Shown: positions 12,692 through 27,417 of the stretch, piece by piece
How positions within the stretch are numbered: position 1 is the stretch's first letter
Layout of the letters: each line of letters starts with the position of its first letter
Source of the DNA: Octopus sinensis
Taxonomy: Eukaryota
DNA: 64,000 bases
NCBI RefSeq assembly: GCF_006345805.1
Contig: NC_043005.1
Span: 41,974,001-42,038,000 of the forward strand
Direction of reading: 5' to 3'
Program-made: the position numbers and the translations under genes
The notes under the pieces: generated by a model
Told to the model about the DNA's origin: nothing
Databases searched by the model: none
What the model saw: only the letters and a program-made list of their open reading frames with translations

Positions 12692-15600
12692 CGTGTGTGT
12701 GTTTAGTAGTAGTAATAGTAGTAGTAGTGTGTGTATGTATTTAAATGCTTAACATGATTTGTCCACAAACTGATGTTTTATAACTTGATTGGTAAGTTGT
12801 ATTTGTCTATGAAAACATGTTTCCTCGGTGGTAGGACTCTTCTTATTGCTAAATATATTTATTCTATAACATATAGTGGACCGCTTAAGTTGGAAATAGT
12901 ATGTTGATGTTGACTGTTAGTTTTAATATTGGTTTTGTAGGAATCTCAATGTACATCCACCATTTTAATCAGGAAATTCACAGAAACAAGCTAGGTTACT
13001 ACGGTTATTTTATATTCTAACTTTATATAATACCTATGCTGAATTCATACTCTATGCAAAAATTGGACTGTTGCACTGAAATTAGCAGGGAAAATGGAAG
13101 TACCTGTTAACCACACGAAATACGAGCAGTAAGCTTTTGAAAATGGTTATTTTACGTAATATACTAATTTAATTAATTTTTATATGTCGGACAGCTGCCA
13201 CCGACGGGAGATGGAATTTTGAAAGAAACTCTAAAGTCCAGTATTTCACAAAACCTAGGAATCAAAATACGAGCATTTTGAAATTCTAGACACTATTAAA
13301 CTATTTCTTCCATTAATTTTTATACCGCAATAATAGCGCGTAGCATGAAACTCATGTAAGCTAAATCATTAGCTTACATTGCATATATAAACTCTGTTAC
13401 GTGCATTGAGTATTTTTTTCTCTCTCGTTTATATAACCAAATGCATATATGTGTATGTTTGAATGAACATATACTCACATACATATTCACTCACTCACAC
13501 ACACACACATACACACACACACACACACATACACACACACACACACACATACACACACACACACATACACACACATATACACATGCAAGTGCAGATACAT
13601 GCAAACAACTTATTCTATGCAACAATACTCTCTTTATGCTATGATTTATTGTATTTATATATGATCCTATCTGACATGATAAATATTATGAATATTATAG
13701 CAAATAATGCCTGTTTTGATTTTTATTCCTGTATTAATCTAAGTTCTAAACGTTATCACATTTGTCATTCGTCTATACAATATTGTATGCAATATCTTTA
13801 GCATTTTTGGCTCTCCTATAGAATGTATGTAGTTGTTCAGATATCATACATAATGTATCTGCCAGTGTGTTATTGTGATATTGACAGGATTATTTTCCTG
13901 CCTTTCCCCACAAAATGGATTATTTTTACTAATATTCTTTTCAAAGAAAATCTATTCAATATATTTTGTATGTTTTACGATATATATTTATTTTATTTTA
14001 CTTAATATTTGCATAAAATACAGAAGTTAGAATATCAAAATAATACCTCATTTCACTCAGCATCATTTTCATATCTGTCGAGTCCAAACCCCTACAGATT
14101 ATATTCAACATTCCATGAGAATTATAAAATAATTACACGCCATATACGGGGGCAGATTTAATTATTTATAGTGTTTATCTCCGAATCTGCAGCTTCTAGT
14201 GAATGTAGAAAATGTAAGAAGTCACCTGATAATAGTCGTTCATGGCAAGCTGCAAGTGTGACACGTTTTCAATTGCTGCTTGAATCAATTCTACTTCGTC
14301 TATAACGCAACAAATAATACCAACATTAACTTTCATTAAATTATGGATTGATGTTACCTACCGAAAGCAGATTTATATTTATACAAACTTGATTGGGGTT
14401 TAGAGCTTGTTCTGTTTTCAGTTCTACAAAATATACAAAACTGTGCCCTGGCTATTTATTTAAAAAGATTATTTATTACTGAAGTTAAAGTATAAATTGT
14501 ATGCTTCGACTAGTTTACTTATAATCTGCACACAAAAATACATTGAAACACACACATAATATACTGGACGGGAGTGGATAGAACGTAATACCTTCTACAG
14601 GCACAACGCTAGTTCTATGACGCTAATACAGTAATAGACCAGCTGCAAAACATCAAAAAGGTTTGGGAAAATATTTCTTGAGTGATGGACTTGTGAGGGT
14701 AAAAGACACTAAGAGTCAAAACTAGGATGGAGTTGAAAGTGCGAATATAGAAGAATATAAGATCAATGGTGGATCAGACGAGTAGATTCAGGTTGAAGAT
14801 AATAAGCAGTGAAGTAGATCACGAAGTACAATTACAGGTTGACATAGTATCCATGTAATAGTATAAGAAAGTATATTGAGTGGGCAAGCAAGTGTAGTGC
14901 GATGATGATTTGCGATGACGATTTTAATATCGTCAGTATGACCCCAAATTTAGGTATATGTGATAAGAGCATTGTGCAAGATTAAAGTATTTCTTTAATG
15001 AACGAACCTTATAAAACATCAGTCACTATTTCACAAGGACATATTTTTTTACAGTGAAATGTCAACACCATCTTCTTATATATGTTAGTTCGCCACTAAG
15101 GGTCATGTGATAGAGTAAAGCTTAGCATTTATAAGAGGTTAGGTGGTTGAACTGTATATTTTACACGAGCAATATGTATAAGTTGTAGATATATTTTCTA
15201 GTAGTGTGTAGTATCTACATGTCGGTGTGCAACTACACTTACATTTTTGGGTATCATACATCATATTTATATCAAGGTTAAAATTCCTGTGTAATATAAT
15301 ATGTTGATAATACAGATTCGTTGATATAATTTGACAATACTAAAAACCTGTCATTATACTGATATTGTTTTCCATTTATGAATATAAATCCCTATGACAG
15401 TAAAGATATAATTTTCATTCACTCAGTTTGGTATTTCTTGGTAAGATTGTATTTCTTTTGTAATATCTTATATTTATGTCAACAAGTTATAAATAATGCT
15501 CTATGTTTATATAACTCAGTATTTAACAATGATTCATTACTTCTTTTCTGAATATATTTACAGAGTTTATTCATCAAAATTGCTTTAAGAATAGCATGAA

Positions 15601-15949
15601 TGATAACAATATTTTCGTGCTGCTGGTTTGTACTGTGACTGTGAAACTATGTAGACATTTTAAAAAATTATGCATCATAATAATTTTAACAAATAGTCTA
15701 ATTTATAAAGCATCTATCATTAAAAAAAATTTTAAATAGAGTCGCTACAGTGATAGTAAAACAAAAAATAGCCAATATTGCTTATAAATTTATAGATAGA
15801 TCTTTGGGGATTATTAGAGTAGTTAGAAACCTATTTTGAGAGAAAAATAATTACATCGTAAACTCGAGAAAATTGCAATAAAAAGTGAACTATATTTGGC
15901 ACGCGTACACACACTCTCACACACACATACATACGAACACACACACAGG

Positions 15950-15986
<37 letters not shown>

Positions 15987-15997
15987 GTGTAACGTGC

Positions 15998-16059
<62 letters not shown>

Positions 16060-16340
16060 TTATCACTCCATATATTTCATCAATTAACACTTCACATATT
16101 TCATCAATTAATCAATTAACGCAAAACCTTAAATGATATTCAAATATATACATAAGACAATCAATTATAACATAAATACAGTTAAGCGATAGAGAAAGAG
16201 AGAGAGAGACGAATGCATAGTGGGAAAGAGAACAAATGACAGATAGAGAGAGAGAGGGGGAGAGAGAGGGAGACAGACAGAAAAGCAGATAGAGAGACCG
16301 AGCAGAAAGTAAAAGATGATACAAAAGGGGTTTAATCGTG

Positions 16341-16344
<4 letters not shown>

Positions 16345-16431
<87 letters not shown>

Positions 16432-16535
16432 GTATGTATGTATGTATGTATGTAGTATGTATGTATGTATGTATGTATGTATGTATGTATGTATGCATGT
16501 ATGTATGTATGTATGTATGTATGTTTGTATGTATG
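16345..16535. repeat. Compound (TA)n(TATG)n microsatellite
   Basis: Direct reading. Confidence 0.95.
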
Positions 16536-16925
16536 TATAAGAAGAGAAAATGGAGAAATCAATAGATAGATATCAATTTATTAATACAAATCCAATTTCA
16601 AGCAGCATCAGTTTCTTATAACCTTCCATTGTTTCCATGTTCAATTCATTCAAATATCAAATAATTAAATTAAATTAAATTGAAAATGTAATTTGAATGC
16701 GTTGAATTGAATATTTCATCAGGGTTAGAAATTGACCGAAAAAAAGAATCACATCTCAATGGATCGAGTGATCATTGCCAGATCAGCATTCAGTTCAGAT
16801 GCATGCGCGTGTGTATATTAATGTTCTTAAGAAGGAAAAGAAACAAGAAAAAAAAACGTTACTTGCGTATATGCAATTTTGTTTTATTATTACTAGTATA
16901 TAGTTTTATTATTACTATATTTAAA

Positions 16926-17560
16926 AAACAAGATCCATTAGAGTGAATAAACAATACCTTTAATATAGTTAACGGTAAGCGAAACTATTTATTCTTAAAT
17001 TTTCATTATTACTTGTGCGTATACGAGTACCAGTATAGCTTATCAATTACTTAAGAATTTTTCTAAGTCACTTAGTCATAACTACTAGTTTTAATAATTT
17101 AATCACTAATTTTTAATTTATATTATGTAAACTATAAAACACTGTTATTTTTTACCGTGTACCACATGCCTATAACTTCTCGAATGTGCCTACTATGATA
17201 CGGTAGCTACATTCTATGTCATCAATATTTGCGTACAATATATTATTTTTATTATAATCACGAGAAGGTATTTTAAAGGACCGCAGGGAAAATTTCCATG
17301 GTAACTCGAAAGTAAGATTAATTTGACCAGGTAAATCTGACTGAGGTACACTAAGCAAAAACTATTTTAGATAAGTATATACCTACATTAAAGAACACGA
17401 TAATTGAATATATTTGAAGACAAAAGATCCGTTAGATTGGATAAACAATACCTTCAATACAGTTAACGGTAAGCAAAACTATACATTCTCAAACTTTTAC
17501 TTATTACTTGGGAGAATATGAATGCCAGGATAGCTTATTAATATCTTAAGAACTTTTCTA
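16926..17560. repeat. Diverged direct repeat, about 140 bp (16926-17066 and 17421-17560)
   Basis: Both copies carry AGATCC.TTAGA..G.ATAAACAATACCTT.AATA.AGTTAACGGTAAGC.AAACTAT. Confidence 0.8.
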
Positions 17561-18538
17561 CGCCAATTTGTCACAACTTTAATTTAATTATTTGATATTT
17601 GAATTAATTGAACATGGAAACAATTGTAGGTTATAAGAAATTGACGTTGCTTGAAATTGCATTTGTATTAATAAACTGATGTCTATCTGTCGAATTCTCC
17701 ATTTTCTTTTCTTATGTAAAAATGATAATATACGCATTTGCATCAATGAGACGCTAATATCTTTTTTGTATTTCAATGATACACTGGATAAAACCGGGGA
17801 ACTTGGATGGTAAAATCCCTCTAAGAGGTATTTATATCCTCGCAATAATATATATATATATATATATAGTCAAAAAAGGTAAAGTTAGAAGAAAGCACAG
17901 AAATCTATTTTAGAGAATGTTTAATATAATATTACCGGTTTCGGTGTATCTATCTTATCAAATATTAGAAATACAGTGATACCTCGCAGTACGAGTTTAA
18001 GTCGTTCCATGACCGAGGTAATCTTATGATTTACTCGTTTTATATATCAATTTTCTACGTCTACATCTAAATATCTGCTAGACCTCTAATTTCACTTCTG
18101 TCAACTTTTACACGGAAAAGGATCTGACTGAAACACTGGATTTTCAACTTCCCACGGCAAATTTACTGCACTTTTATTTTTTGTCGACTATACTATATAA
18201 TACAAGCCTAGCCGACGTAGATCAACGCAGTCTCTTTGGATTTGTTTGATTATATTATACAAATCTAGTGTGAGTATAAGTCTGACGAGTGGGGTCTGTC
18301 AACGACTACAAGAGCAGGCAGTGCTGATATGCTTCCTACTTGAATTAAACAGTAATAGATAGGTTATAGTATCTATGTTGGTGATAGCGTTATTTTTGAT
18401 ACGATTAGATGAAAATTGAATCTGTGAAGTGTTTCCACTCGGCGTTTCGTATTTTCTAAGTTTTAGCTTTCGTTTTGTTAAGTGAACACTGATGTGAACA
18501 GTTGTCTTTGACTGTGCGTGAGCATGCGTATGTTTGTC

Positions 18539-18582
<44 letters not shown>

Positions 18583-20052
18583 TGTGTGTGTGTGTATGTG
18601 TATGTTGAATAAATTGTCAAGGAAGTGTAAAAGGATTGCTTGATTTGCGGTTGTTGTGTTTATTGCTGTTGTGATCAAATGCATTCCGCACGATTCTTAG
18701 GCACTGTGCACATCTGATGCAGCTGAAGGAAACTAATAGAGGGGAGAAAAACAGAATTTAATCACGTAACGCTTTTCTTTTCGAAATGGCATCGTACTTG
18801 GAACTGGTGATTATCAGCCACAAGAGATTACTCCGAAGCAAATATATAATTCTTGTATGTGCACATTATTCTTCAAACCAAATACGAAATCCTACAAATG
18901 CTTGATTAGTCCTCACATATCACACTGTAATTAACAATCCCCTTTTTTTTTTCACCGATAAAATGATATCACACAGTAAAGCTAACACCACGGTAATTTT
19001 ATACGTTAACTCACATATTCTTTCTGTCGTTCACACTCAGTTTCTGTCTTTTTTTACTACCATTCTCTCTCACATTCCCATTCCCTTCTCCCTCTCTGTT
19101 ACGCATATACTGTCTACCTCTCTCTCTCTTTCTCTCTCTCTCTCTCTTTCTCTCCCTTGCTCTCATCTCATAGCAATAATACATTTTAAAGCAGTGCATT
19201 AAATGATTTCCTTCTCTTTTACTAAGTCTTTGACGAACATGTCATGGCATGTCCCTGCTTGGGCTTCATTATCTTCACCTGTTTTTCTCTTTGTCATCGA
19301 TAACCTTATACTATATTAACTGTACTTACATCCTCTTCTTCTTTCATACTCACCTCCACACACACGCGGATAACACACCCACATACGTACACACACACTC
19401 TCCTTTCGTTCTCCCGTTTTCCCCCCGATTCTTTCATAAACTGAAAACTCACAAGTGACAGATGTTTATATCTGTTTTTCTCTCGCTTTTCTTTTTTGAT
19501 ATCTCTTCAATATATAATATTTCACGTGTTTTCTTCCATATGTCTTCCTTCTCTATATATTCTAATAATATCTTGAGAGGTATTTCTACTTCTTTCTTTC
19601 TTTTTATTTTGATTACTTTCTTTTGTTAACTTCTCTATATTTCATTTCAAACTGAGAAGCGCAGTCACCCATTAACGGTGGATTAATCTAGTATACTGAA
19701 CAGACCGGATCTCAGAGAAGCTGGTGTGAAGTGAAGAAGATGATTGGCGGCCCTTAAAAGAGCAAGCAATGAGAAAATCATTTGATGTAATAGAACCAAT
19801 ATGCGTTCACAGTAGGACTAGAACTACTCAGAAATCTTTCCTACAGAACTAGCTGCAGGGTGGAATGAAAGCTACTCTTCTATTGTTTGCGCAAAATGCC
19901 CCTTCTTTCCTTCAATTTAAAATCGAAACGAGGAATTTTTAAAAGAACCTTATGAATAGAGATGACGCAAAGTTTCTTACGAATAGTGACCGGTTATACG
20001 ATAAAAAAATATTTGCGATCATCTTACCGATTTTCTCCCATTTAGTGTCTTA

Positions 20053-20566
20053 TCTATATATATAAAACTGTAGCTGTGTGAGTGTCTGTCCCCTTCGATT
20101 TAGATTCCTAACTACTCCCACATTTTGCGGTGCAGTTTAACCAAATTCGGGTATCTTATAGTCGTGATTCATATCGAGCCCGTCTGAGTATTAGCGCGCG
20201 TCTACGATGGGTCTACGATTTAAAAAAAAAATTTAACATCATTTTTTATTCCATTTTAATGCATAATTTTTCGTGTGTCGATGGCGGCGGAGTTGGTGTC
20301 CATGGTCACACCTGCACCTGTTTGCTTCTCCCCCTTCTTCCCTCCCTCGTGAAGCTGTGGGGAAGGGAGTTTAAGGAAATCAACGTCGTAAAGCGTTGTC
20401 AAGGAGACCAGCGTTCTTTTAGAACAACGACTTCATGGCTTGAAGACACCAAAACAGAAACGGCTAAGAAAGCCCGAATTGGCATCTATAAGGGAAGTAA
20501 CTCTCTAAAAATGCTTATATAGTTATTTCCCTTACAAACCCGAGCAACGCCGGGCGATACAGCTAG
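20053..20566 (+). mobile_element. Non-autonomous Helitron with intact termini
   Basis: 5' TCTATATATATAAAA; 3' hairpin CCCGAGCAACGCCGGG followed by CTAG; inserted between A20052 and T20567 with no TSD. Confidence 0.85.
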
Positions 20567-21239
20567 TATGTAATATAAATCCTGCAACTTTTAAAGAAAC
20601 AAGAATGAACAGTAATTAATTTCCTTGAATTATTGTTATGGTGTTTAATTTTTCTCCGCCTAAATCTTACTAAGAAAGAAAAAAGAAGCTTCCTTCTTGC
20701 AAAGTTTTTCCGTTCACTTTATGATACTAAATTGGTACCAATTTTTTTCACCTGACCAGGCTTTCAATGCTCGAGAAAAAAGTATGAACACCATATAATC
20801 GGTTTTCTTTATAAATATTTAGCATTGTCTTTCAAGAAGAAATTTATTTTTAGAGAAAAACTCTATTACGTCTTATAATCAACAACCACCAGCTTCCATA
20901 ACCATGAACATCGCCATTGTATACACTGCAAATTATCAATTAGAAATCAACTAAACAATGAAATAGCTGGGTAAATAGCAAAGTGAAGACTAAGAAATAT
21001 CTGCCATCTCTCAAATCTATCATTTTATTTGCTACATTATTATTTTTTTTTGCAGTTCCCTAACTCCTAAGGGAAAATATAACGTTTAACATCACAGGTC
21101 TCAGGTCGACCGCAAAGTTGAGTTATTGACTTGACATCGTTATTTCAAACGTAGTTCAGCCCTATCAATTTTAATGGCGCCGTACACACGAGATCGACGC
21201 CATCTAATACGATGGAGTTTAATTGGCTTTCAAATACGC

Positions 21240-21394
21240 TCTTCTTCTTCTTCTTCTTCTTCTTCTTCTTCTTCTTCTTCTTCTTCTTCTTCTTCTTCAT
21301 CATCTTCTTCATCTTCTTCTTCTTCTTCTTCTTCTTCTTCTTCTTCTTCTTCTTCTTCTTCTTCTTCTTCTTCTTCTTCTTCTTCTTCTTCTTC
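21240..21394. repeat. (TTC)n trinucleotide array, about 50 units with a few CAT variants
   Basis: Direct reading; produces the poly-S, poly-F and poly-L ORFs. Confidence 0.97.
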
Positions 21395-21994
21395 CTTGTC
21401 GTTGTCGTTTACTCCTCCTCTTCCACCTCTCTTTCAGTTCTATGTTCTTTCATTTCGTAGTAATCATAACTGAAACTGATTCGAGATTAGTGTTTTTAAA
21501 AGATTTTATATCTGAAAAAGACTATAAGAGAGAGAAGGGGTTAAATATATGTAATTTTTCAATCATACATGTTCACCGGGTATTTGAAAATTCATACAAG
21601 ATTTAATTTCTTTATAAGTATAAAGAACTGTTGACAATTTATAAGTTCCCATTATGTCAATATTTCTACATACTTGTTGGTTTTCACCAATTTTCTATTC
21701 TAGTACATTTTCTCAAAATTGCTTTGAAGCATTTCTCTAATGACAGAATGATTGGTAAAAAAATTTGTCCCATAAATAAAGTATCTTTACTTTCATAACG
21801 AGAGTATCACAGGGTTTTCATATCGGTAAACGTCCAACTTCAAATTTGTTTGAAGCAGTGGAGCACTTGTAAGAAAACATGCTTTGTATGTTTTTTTTTT
21901 TTACGAGTCATTTTGCACCATTAAAATAATTTATGAGACATTGTCGAAATATTTGAATGTGTATGATCCTGTATGTCAGTTCGTTCATGTTATG

Positions 21995-22343
21995 TCGTGG
22001 TACTCCGTCGGTTACGACGACGTGCGTTCCAGTTGATGTGATCTACAGAACAGCCTGCTCATGACATTAACGTGTGAGTGGCTGAGCACTCCACAGACAC
22101 GTGTATCCTTAACGTAGTTCTCGTGGAGATTCAGCGTGACACAGAGTGTGACAAGGCTGGCCCTTTGAAATGCACGTACAACAGAAACAGGCAGTAAGAA
22201 CGAGAGAGTACAGAAAGATTTGCCACTAACCCCTGCCGGAGCCTCGTAGAACTTTAGGTGTTTTCGCTCAATAATCACTGACAGCGCCCGGTCTGAGAAT
22301 TGAAACCGCGAGTCCACTGCCCTAACCACTGGGCCATTGCACC
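21995..22343 (-). mobile_element. SINE family A, near full length
   Basis: Reverse complement of the GGxGCAATGGCCCAGTGGTTAGGGCAG head, plus the GTCACGCTGAATCTCC..GAGAACTACGTTAAGG tail. Confidence 0.88.
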
Positions 22344-23467
22344 GCCACAAATGTTATGTAACTGTATAATAAAAGGCAGAAATGGAAGGAAAGCAAGGAT
22401 AAAACGGAGAGACACAGAGAAAAAGCTTACGTCAAAACTAAGAGAATCTATCCGAAAATATTTGTTAATGTTATCAATAAATAAAGAAAACGTTTAAAGC
22501 GAGAAGCCACATGTTAAAGTATATTTGAAAAACATTTTTGTGTTGGATGCTCTATATTTTTTATCCATTTTACTATCGAATATTTTTATTGAAATTTCAA
22601 TACTTTTAACTCACTATAACCAGGTAAGAAGAGGCATCCTTGTAATTTAAATCTTCACAGTCCTTAAGCTTAACCAATCTGTGACTAATAATTCATATAT
22701 GCACATGCTCACACAGTATATGAGGACTTCATGCGCTTTCTAACATAACTACCAAAATTATCGAATATTTTCAAGTCAAAAATAGAAGCCATTTGGATGT
22801 TTTGTTTTACCAAAAACTCAGTGTGCCAAACTCTTTGATCCTTACATATAGTGGCATCTCTTCCCTTGCATATTGCTTCGTAGAAATCTAAATCTAAACA
22901 AATTCATTTAATTCTATTATCAATCATTTTACGTTCAAATGGAAATCAATGATTTAAAAACAGAGCAAAAGTTGTCATGTAATATATTTATTCTATTTCC
23001 ATTGATTTCCACAAGCATAACATTCGTATTATTACTTCATCATAAATATTTGTATTTTGTGTGCAAAAATACGTTTTATTCGTTTTATTTTGTGTAGGTA
23101 AATGATGTAAATATAGATTCAAAGCAGATTTTATTTCAAAGATATATTTCGATATTTTCAGAACTTGATAATATCTCTTGACAAAACATTGTAAAGTGAA
23201 GCAGAAACAAAAAGATTTCTGTGATAGAAATCAACGTGTGATATAAGATTTAAAAGGCGACACATAAACTAATGCTTGATGTCTTGTAACAAAAGGTGAA
23301 ACTAATATTGCTTACAAGCAGTACGATTGTGTAGATCCTATTCCTGGTGATGAATGCGGTTCAAAAACCCACTCAAAAGTTTTCAATGGAATTAAACTGA
23401 AAGCACAACTTTAGAAAAAGTATTGTTAGGAAGAAATTTTCAAATGGCATTTTATGAATTTGGTCTT

Positions 23468-23763
<296 letters not shown>

Positions 23764-23811
23764 CAGCTAGGCTCAATATAATACCGGGAAGGAAAAGTTT
23801 TATCGCCATTA

Positions 23812-24226
23812 ATAGTGTCTTAGGGTGCTGAAACACCTACTTTGTAAGAAATGGGAGTTAAAAATTCTTTATGCCGTAAGAAGCGTGCAATGTATATACA
23901 CTGACAGAAGAGATAATCACCCTATGCGTGTCTCTAGGATCACTAGACTAGATTTGTTTTGCCTATCAGTCGTCAGCTTGTAAGTGCTGAAAAAAACATA
24001 TACACTGAGAGGCGGATTTAGCAAAACCATCGAGCGTCTGAGTAGTCAATATTGACGAACTTACGACTGATAGTCGAAACTAGTCAGGTTTAGTGATCCT
24101 AGAGACGCTCATGGGGTGGTTATCTCCCTTATCAGTGTATATATATTGCCCACTACTTACAGCATTAAGAGTTTTTAACTCTCATTTCTTCTAATATAGG
24201 CTCTTCAGCACTCTCGGTCACAATTT
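23812..24226. mobile_element. Fold-back MITE-like element, about 175-bp diverged arms
   Basis: TATACACTGA...GTCTCTAGGATCACTA...CTATCAGTCGT is mirrored by ACGACTGATAG...TAGTGATCCTAGAGAC...TCAGTGTATA; the outer arms also align (GAAATG.GAGTTAAAAA.TCTT). Confidence 0.85.
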
Positions 24227-24250
24227 TATATACATATATATATTCATATG

Positions 24251-24296
<46 letters not shown>

Positions 24297-25751
24297 ATAT
24301 ATATATATATATGAGTAACAAAGATGTACAGATGTCAGGTGATTACTCCCGTTTCAAGCAACTCCTTTCATTGATTAATAAAAACATTCAATATTGCAAA
24401 GAAAACATCTTCGTCAGATGACTGCATAAACTTCAAATGCATCACCAATGGACCTCAAAATATTTCCATTGATCCTGCTGCTATTTCTTTGGTAGAATGT
24501 CTTTAGAAAATAGTCTATGTAGTCTCGAACTTACTAGAATTTAAGGTTAGTAGAGCTTATAGCGGGGGAGGGATAATTGAGAGTAGTGCCATAGTCACCT
24601 ACAGTCCGAAGACAATAGGAGGAATTTAGTCTTCAATTATCAAGAATTAAATCTTTGGGGACTTATAGTTCTATTCTAGACAAAGATGATAAATTAATTA
24701 GTACAATGATAGCCTACTAGACTATCTAAGTGCGTTTCATATACGCGCACGGTCGTGTATATGAAACGATCTCTGTCTATTTCGAAGCCGACTATTCAGT
24801 CGCTTGGTCAAATGAATTAACCACTTCGTGAAGTGGCTAATTATCCCAGAGGCATATCCATTTTACGTAATTCCCACTCAGGATTAATCGATTAGTGACA
24901 CATTGGTAAAAAGACCACTTGTTTGACTTTGCAAGCAGCTTTTGTTTCGCCCAATTTAATCCTGTCATAAACCAGTGATGATTACCAAAGGGATCGACTC
25001 GAATGGAATTTTGACAGCATCGTTTCAACGCCGGTGATAGCCGTTTGTTGAAGGACTTCTGTGTTGCTATCAAAGTTATTCCAATGAATATTGGGAAGCA
25101 TACGGAAGCAATGCTTGTGAAAACATAGAGTCATTGAGCGTGCTCATGATTTAAAGCCGTGCATTAATGTGCTTAGTATAACAACTTTCTACGGCTGATT
25201 TTGTGCCATTGCTCAATTGTTTGTCGCGCCAAATTTCCTTTTGGTATTCTGTCGAATGCGCTCTTTGCTTATACCATTTTCTTGTTCATCTTCGTATTAT
25301 ATGACAGGATGCATTTAACCATCCATCCATCCAACCATATGTTTATTTGTATGTTTACTCTGAATTTTATTTCGAATTTCTCACCAATGAATAAAGAATC
25401 TGTTTTATTGGAACTGAGAAAATATCAACTGAATATGTATGCATGTGTGAGTATATGCATGCGTGAGTTTTATGCATGTGTGAGTATATGCATGTGTGAG
25501 TATATGCATGTATGCGCGCATGGTATAGAACTGCAGCTTGAAGTATGCTAACAGATGTTTTGGCAAACGTTACTATATGCTAATTTTTTTCCGTGCACAC
25601 AAAGTATAATTGTAATTATCCATAATGAAACCATTTCTCTTTTAACATTCGAGTACCTCAAATCATTTTATCCGACTGGCTATTATAAAATTCATTCAGT
25701 TGGTGATTTATGAGAAAAGGAAGAAAATATATTTGTTTCAAAACAAAAAAA

Positions 25752-26638
25752 GGATCTTTTCAATTCTGAAGCCAGGACCACAGATCTTTCTACTTAACTA
25801 AATATTCTGAAACTTCGTATGCTGATAGAGTCTAGCAAAACAAGACACAGGTTGGAACTAGTTTATTTGAGAAAATCTATTTTATGACTTTAATCGTAGA
25901 TTAAAACTGCGAATTTTAACCAATCAGATTGTTTGTTTTCATGTGTAAAACTTGACTGCATTCTATTAGTGTGACGTAGAAAGCGCTTTTGTGACCTACT
26001 AACATTCGGAAAACTGTAAACAAACACAGAACGTAACGGCAGACGAAATACGGCTACGCATTTCGCCCGGCGTGCTAACGTTTCTGCCAGCTCTTTGCTT
26101 TTTTAATATTAAATTTCTTGCCTTTTGCACAAATAAAAACAATAAGTGAAATGAAACGCATTAGCTTAGAAACGAAATGTTGTTAGAAGCCTCGTCACTG
26201 AGATGCCACTTCTTAATTGCAAACGAAAGCAAGTACTAACAGAATGAAAACATTTTCAATTTAATACATGTGGCTTATTAACTAGTTTTAAATATTGTTA
26301 TTAGAAGGTGGCTGACTATAGGATCCTGGAAACATGAGTACGTTAAATAATTAGAAGGAGATTTCACGGAGACATGCGGTCTGTTTACATTTAAGATGTT
26401 TAATACGTCACCAAATTGGTGGTCGAGACGGAGTAAATAAAATAAAGCCGAATGACGGAATATCATTGGTTAAAATTCTAATTATTAAACAACGTTAAAC
26501 TTAGAAGTTACAATTCCGTTTTCATTCTGGTTTACAATTAAGTTTACTTTTGACACATTCTACCAGTATACGAAGTTTCAAATTGTTTGGTTCAGTAGGA
26601 AAAATTTGAAAAAACTGGCTTCAGAATTGAAAAGATCC
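25752..26638. mobile_element. Non-autonomous TIR DNA transposon
   Basis: Perfect 24-bp TIR GGATCTTTTCAATTCTGAAGCCAG / CTGGCTTCAGAATTGAAAAGATCC, with further degenerate pairing inward (TGAAACTTCGTAT). Confidence 0.8.
26040..26093 (-). mobile_element. SINE family B head fragment
   Basis: Reverse complement of GAGCTGGCAGAAACGTTAGCACGCCGGGCGAAATGCGTAGCCGTATTTCGTCTGCCG. Confidence 0.85.
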
Positions 26639-26840
26639 CCCCCAAAAAAAACAATGTAATATATTAAGCGATGTTACAGGAAATAAAATTGATATTAGAA
26701 GTTACATCCCAAAGCTAGATGTAATTCCTGAAAATTAAATAAGGCATGCATATAACTATTGTTATATTGCAGCGTTTACTAAATCAAAACAACATGTTTT
26801 GAATTTTCGGGGTGGATGATTATTTTAACGACTGCTTGTA

Positions 26841-27417
26841 TCGTCTACAAATTTCTTTTAAATAGCTGTTATTTTACATAGATATCATCAATCATATATC
26901 AAGAGATTAACCTAGTGTTAGTAGAGCAATATGTTTATGACAGAGTAGCTGTTCTCTGAAAATTAAATAAAGTATTCTAGTTTACAGATTTCCTACTACT
27001 GTTACATTGCAGCAGTTACTAAATCAAAACATATTTTGAATTTTCCGGGTGGACGATTATTTTAACGACTGTTTGTAGAGACAGATTTTTTTTCTTTTTG
27101 ACTGAAATGATGGGAGTCATCATTTAATAGATTGAGTATTGGAATATAAGTAATTTTTATTTGTCAAGAACGTTTGTGTAAAGACGATCACTGGGTGTTG
27201 AGAAATAGTCATATGATGTTTAAGAAATATTTATAATATATTGTAAATGAATACAAGATTAATAAAGCAACTCATTAATTTACTTATTTAACAGCATGCG
27301 GGTTGCAGAGAGCCGTTGGTCTATCATAAACTTATTGCTCTACTAGATTAATCTCTTGATTTATGATTGATGATGTCTATGTAAAATAACAGCTTTTTAA
27401 AAGAAATTTGTAGACGA
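26841..27417. mobile_element. TIR element with about 100-bp arms
   Basis: TCGTCTACAAATTTCTTTTAAA.AGCTGTTATTTTACATAGA.ATCATCAATCATA.ATCAAGAGATTAA is mirrored at 27319-27417. Confidence 0.85.

Noticed and set aside
8290-15500. Additional very old Penelope/LINE-like traces (about 8.3-8.6, 9.5-10.2, 13.7-15.5 kb; similar at 43.2-43.8 kb)
   Set aside because: Only scattered motif echoes, too decayed to call without a profile search.
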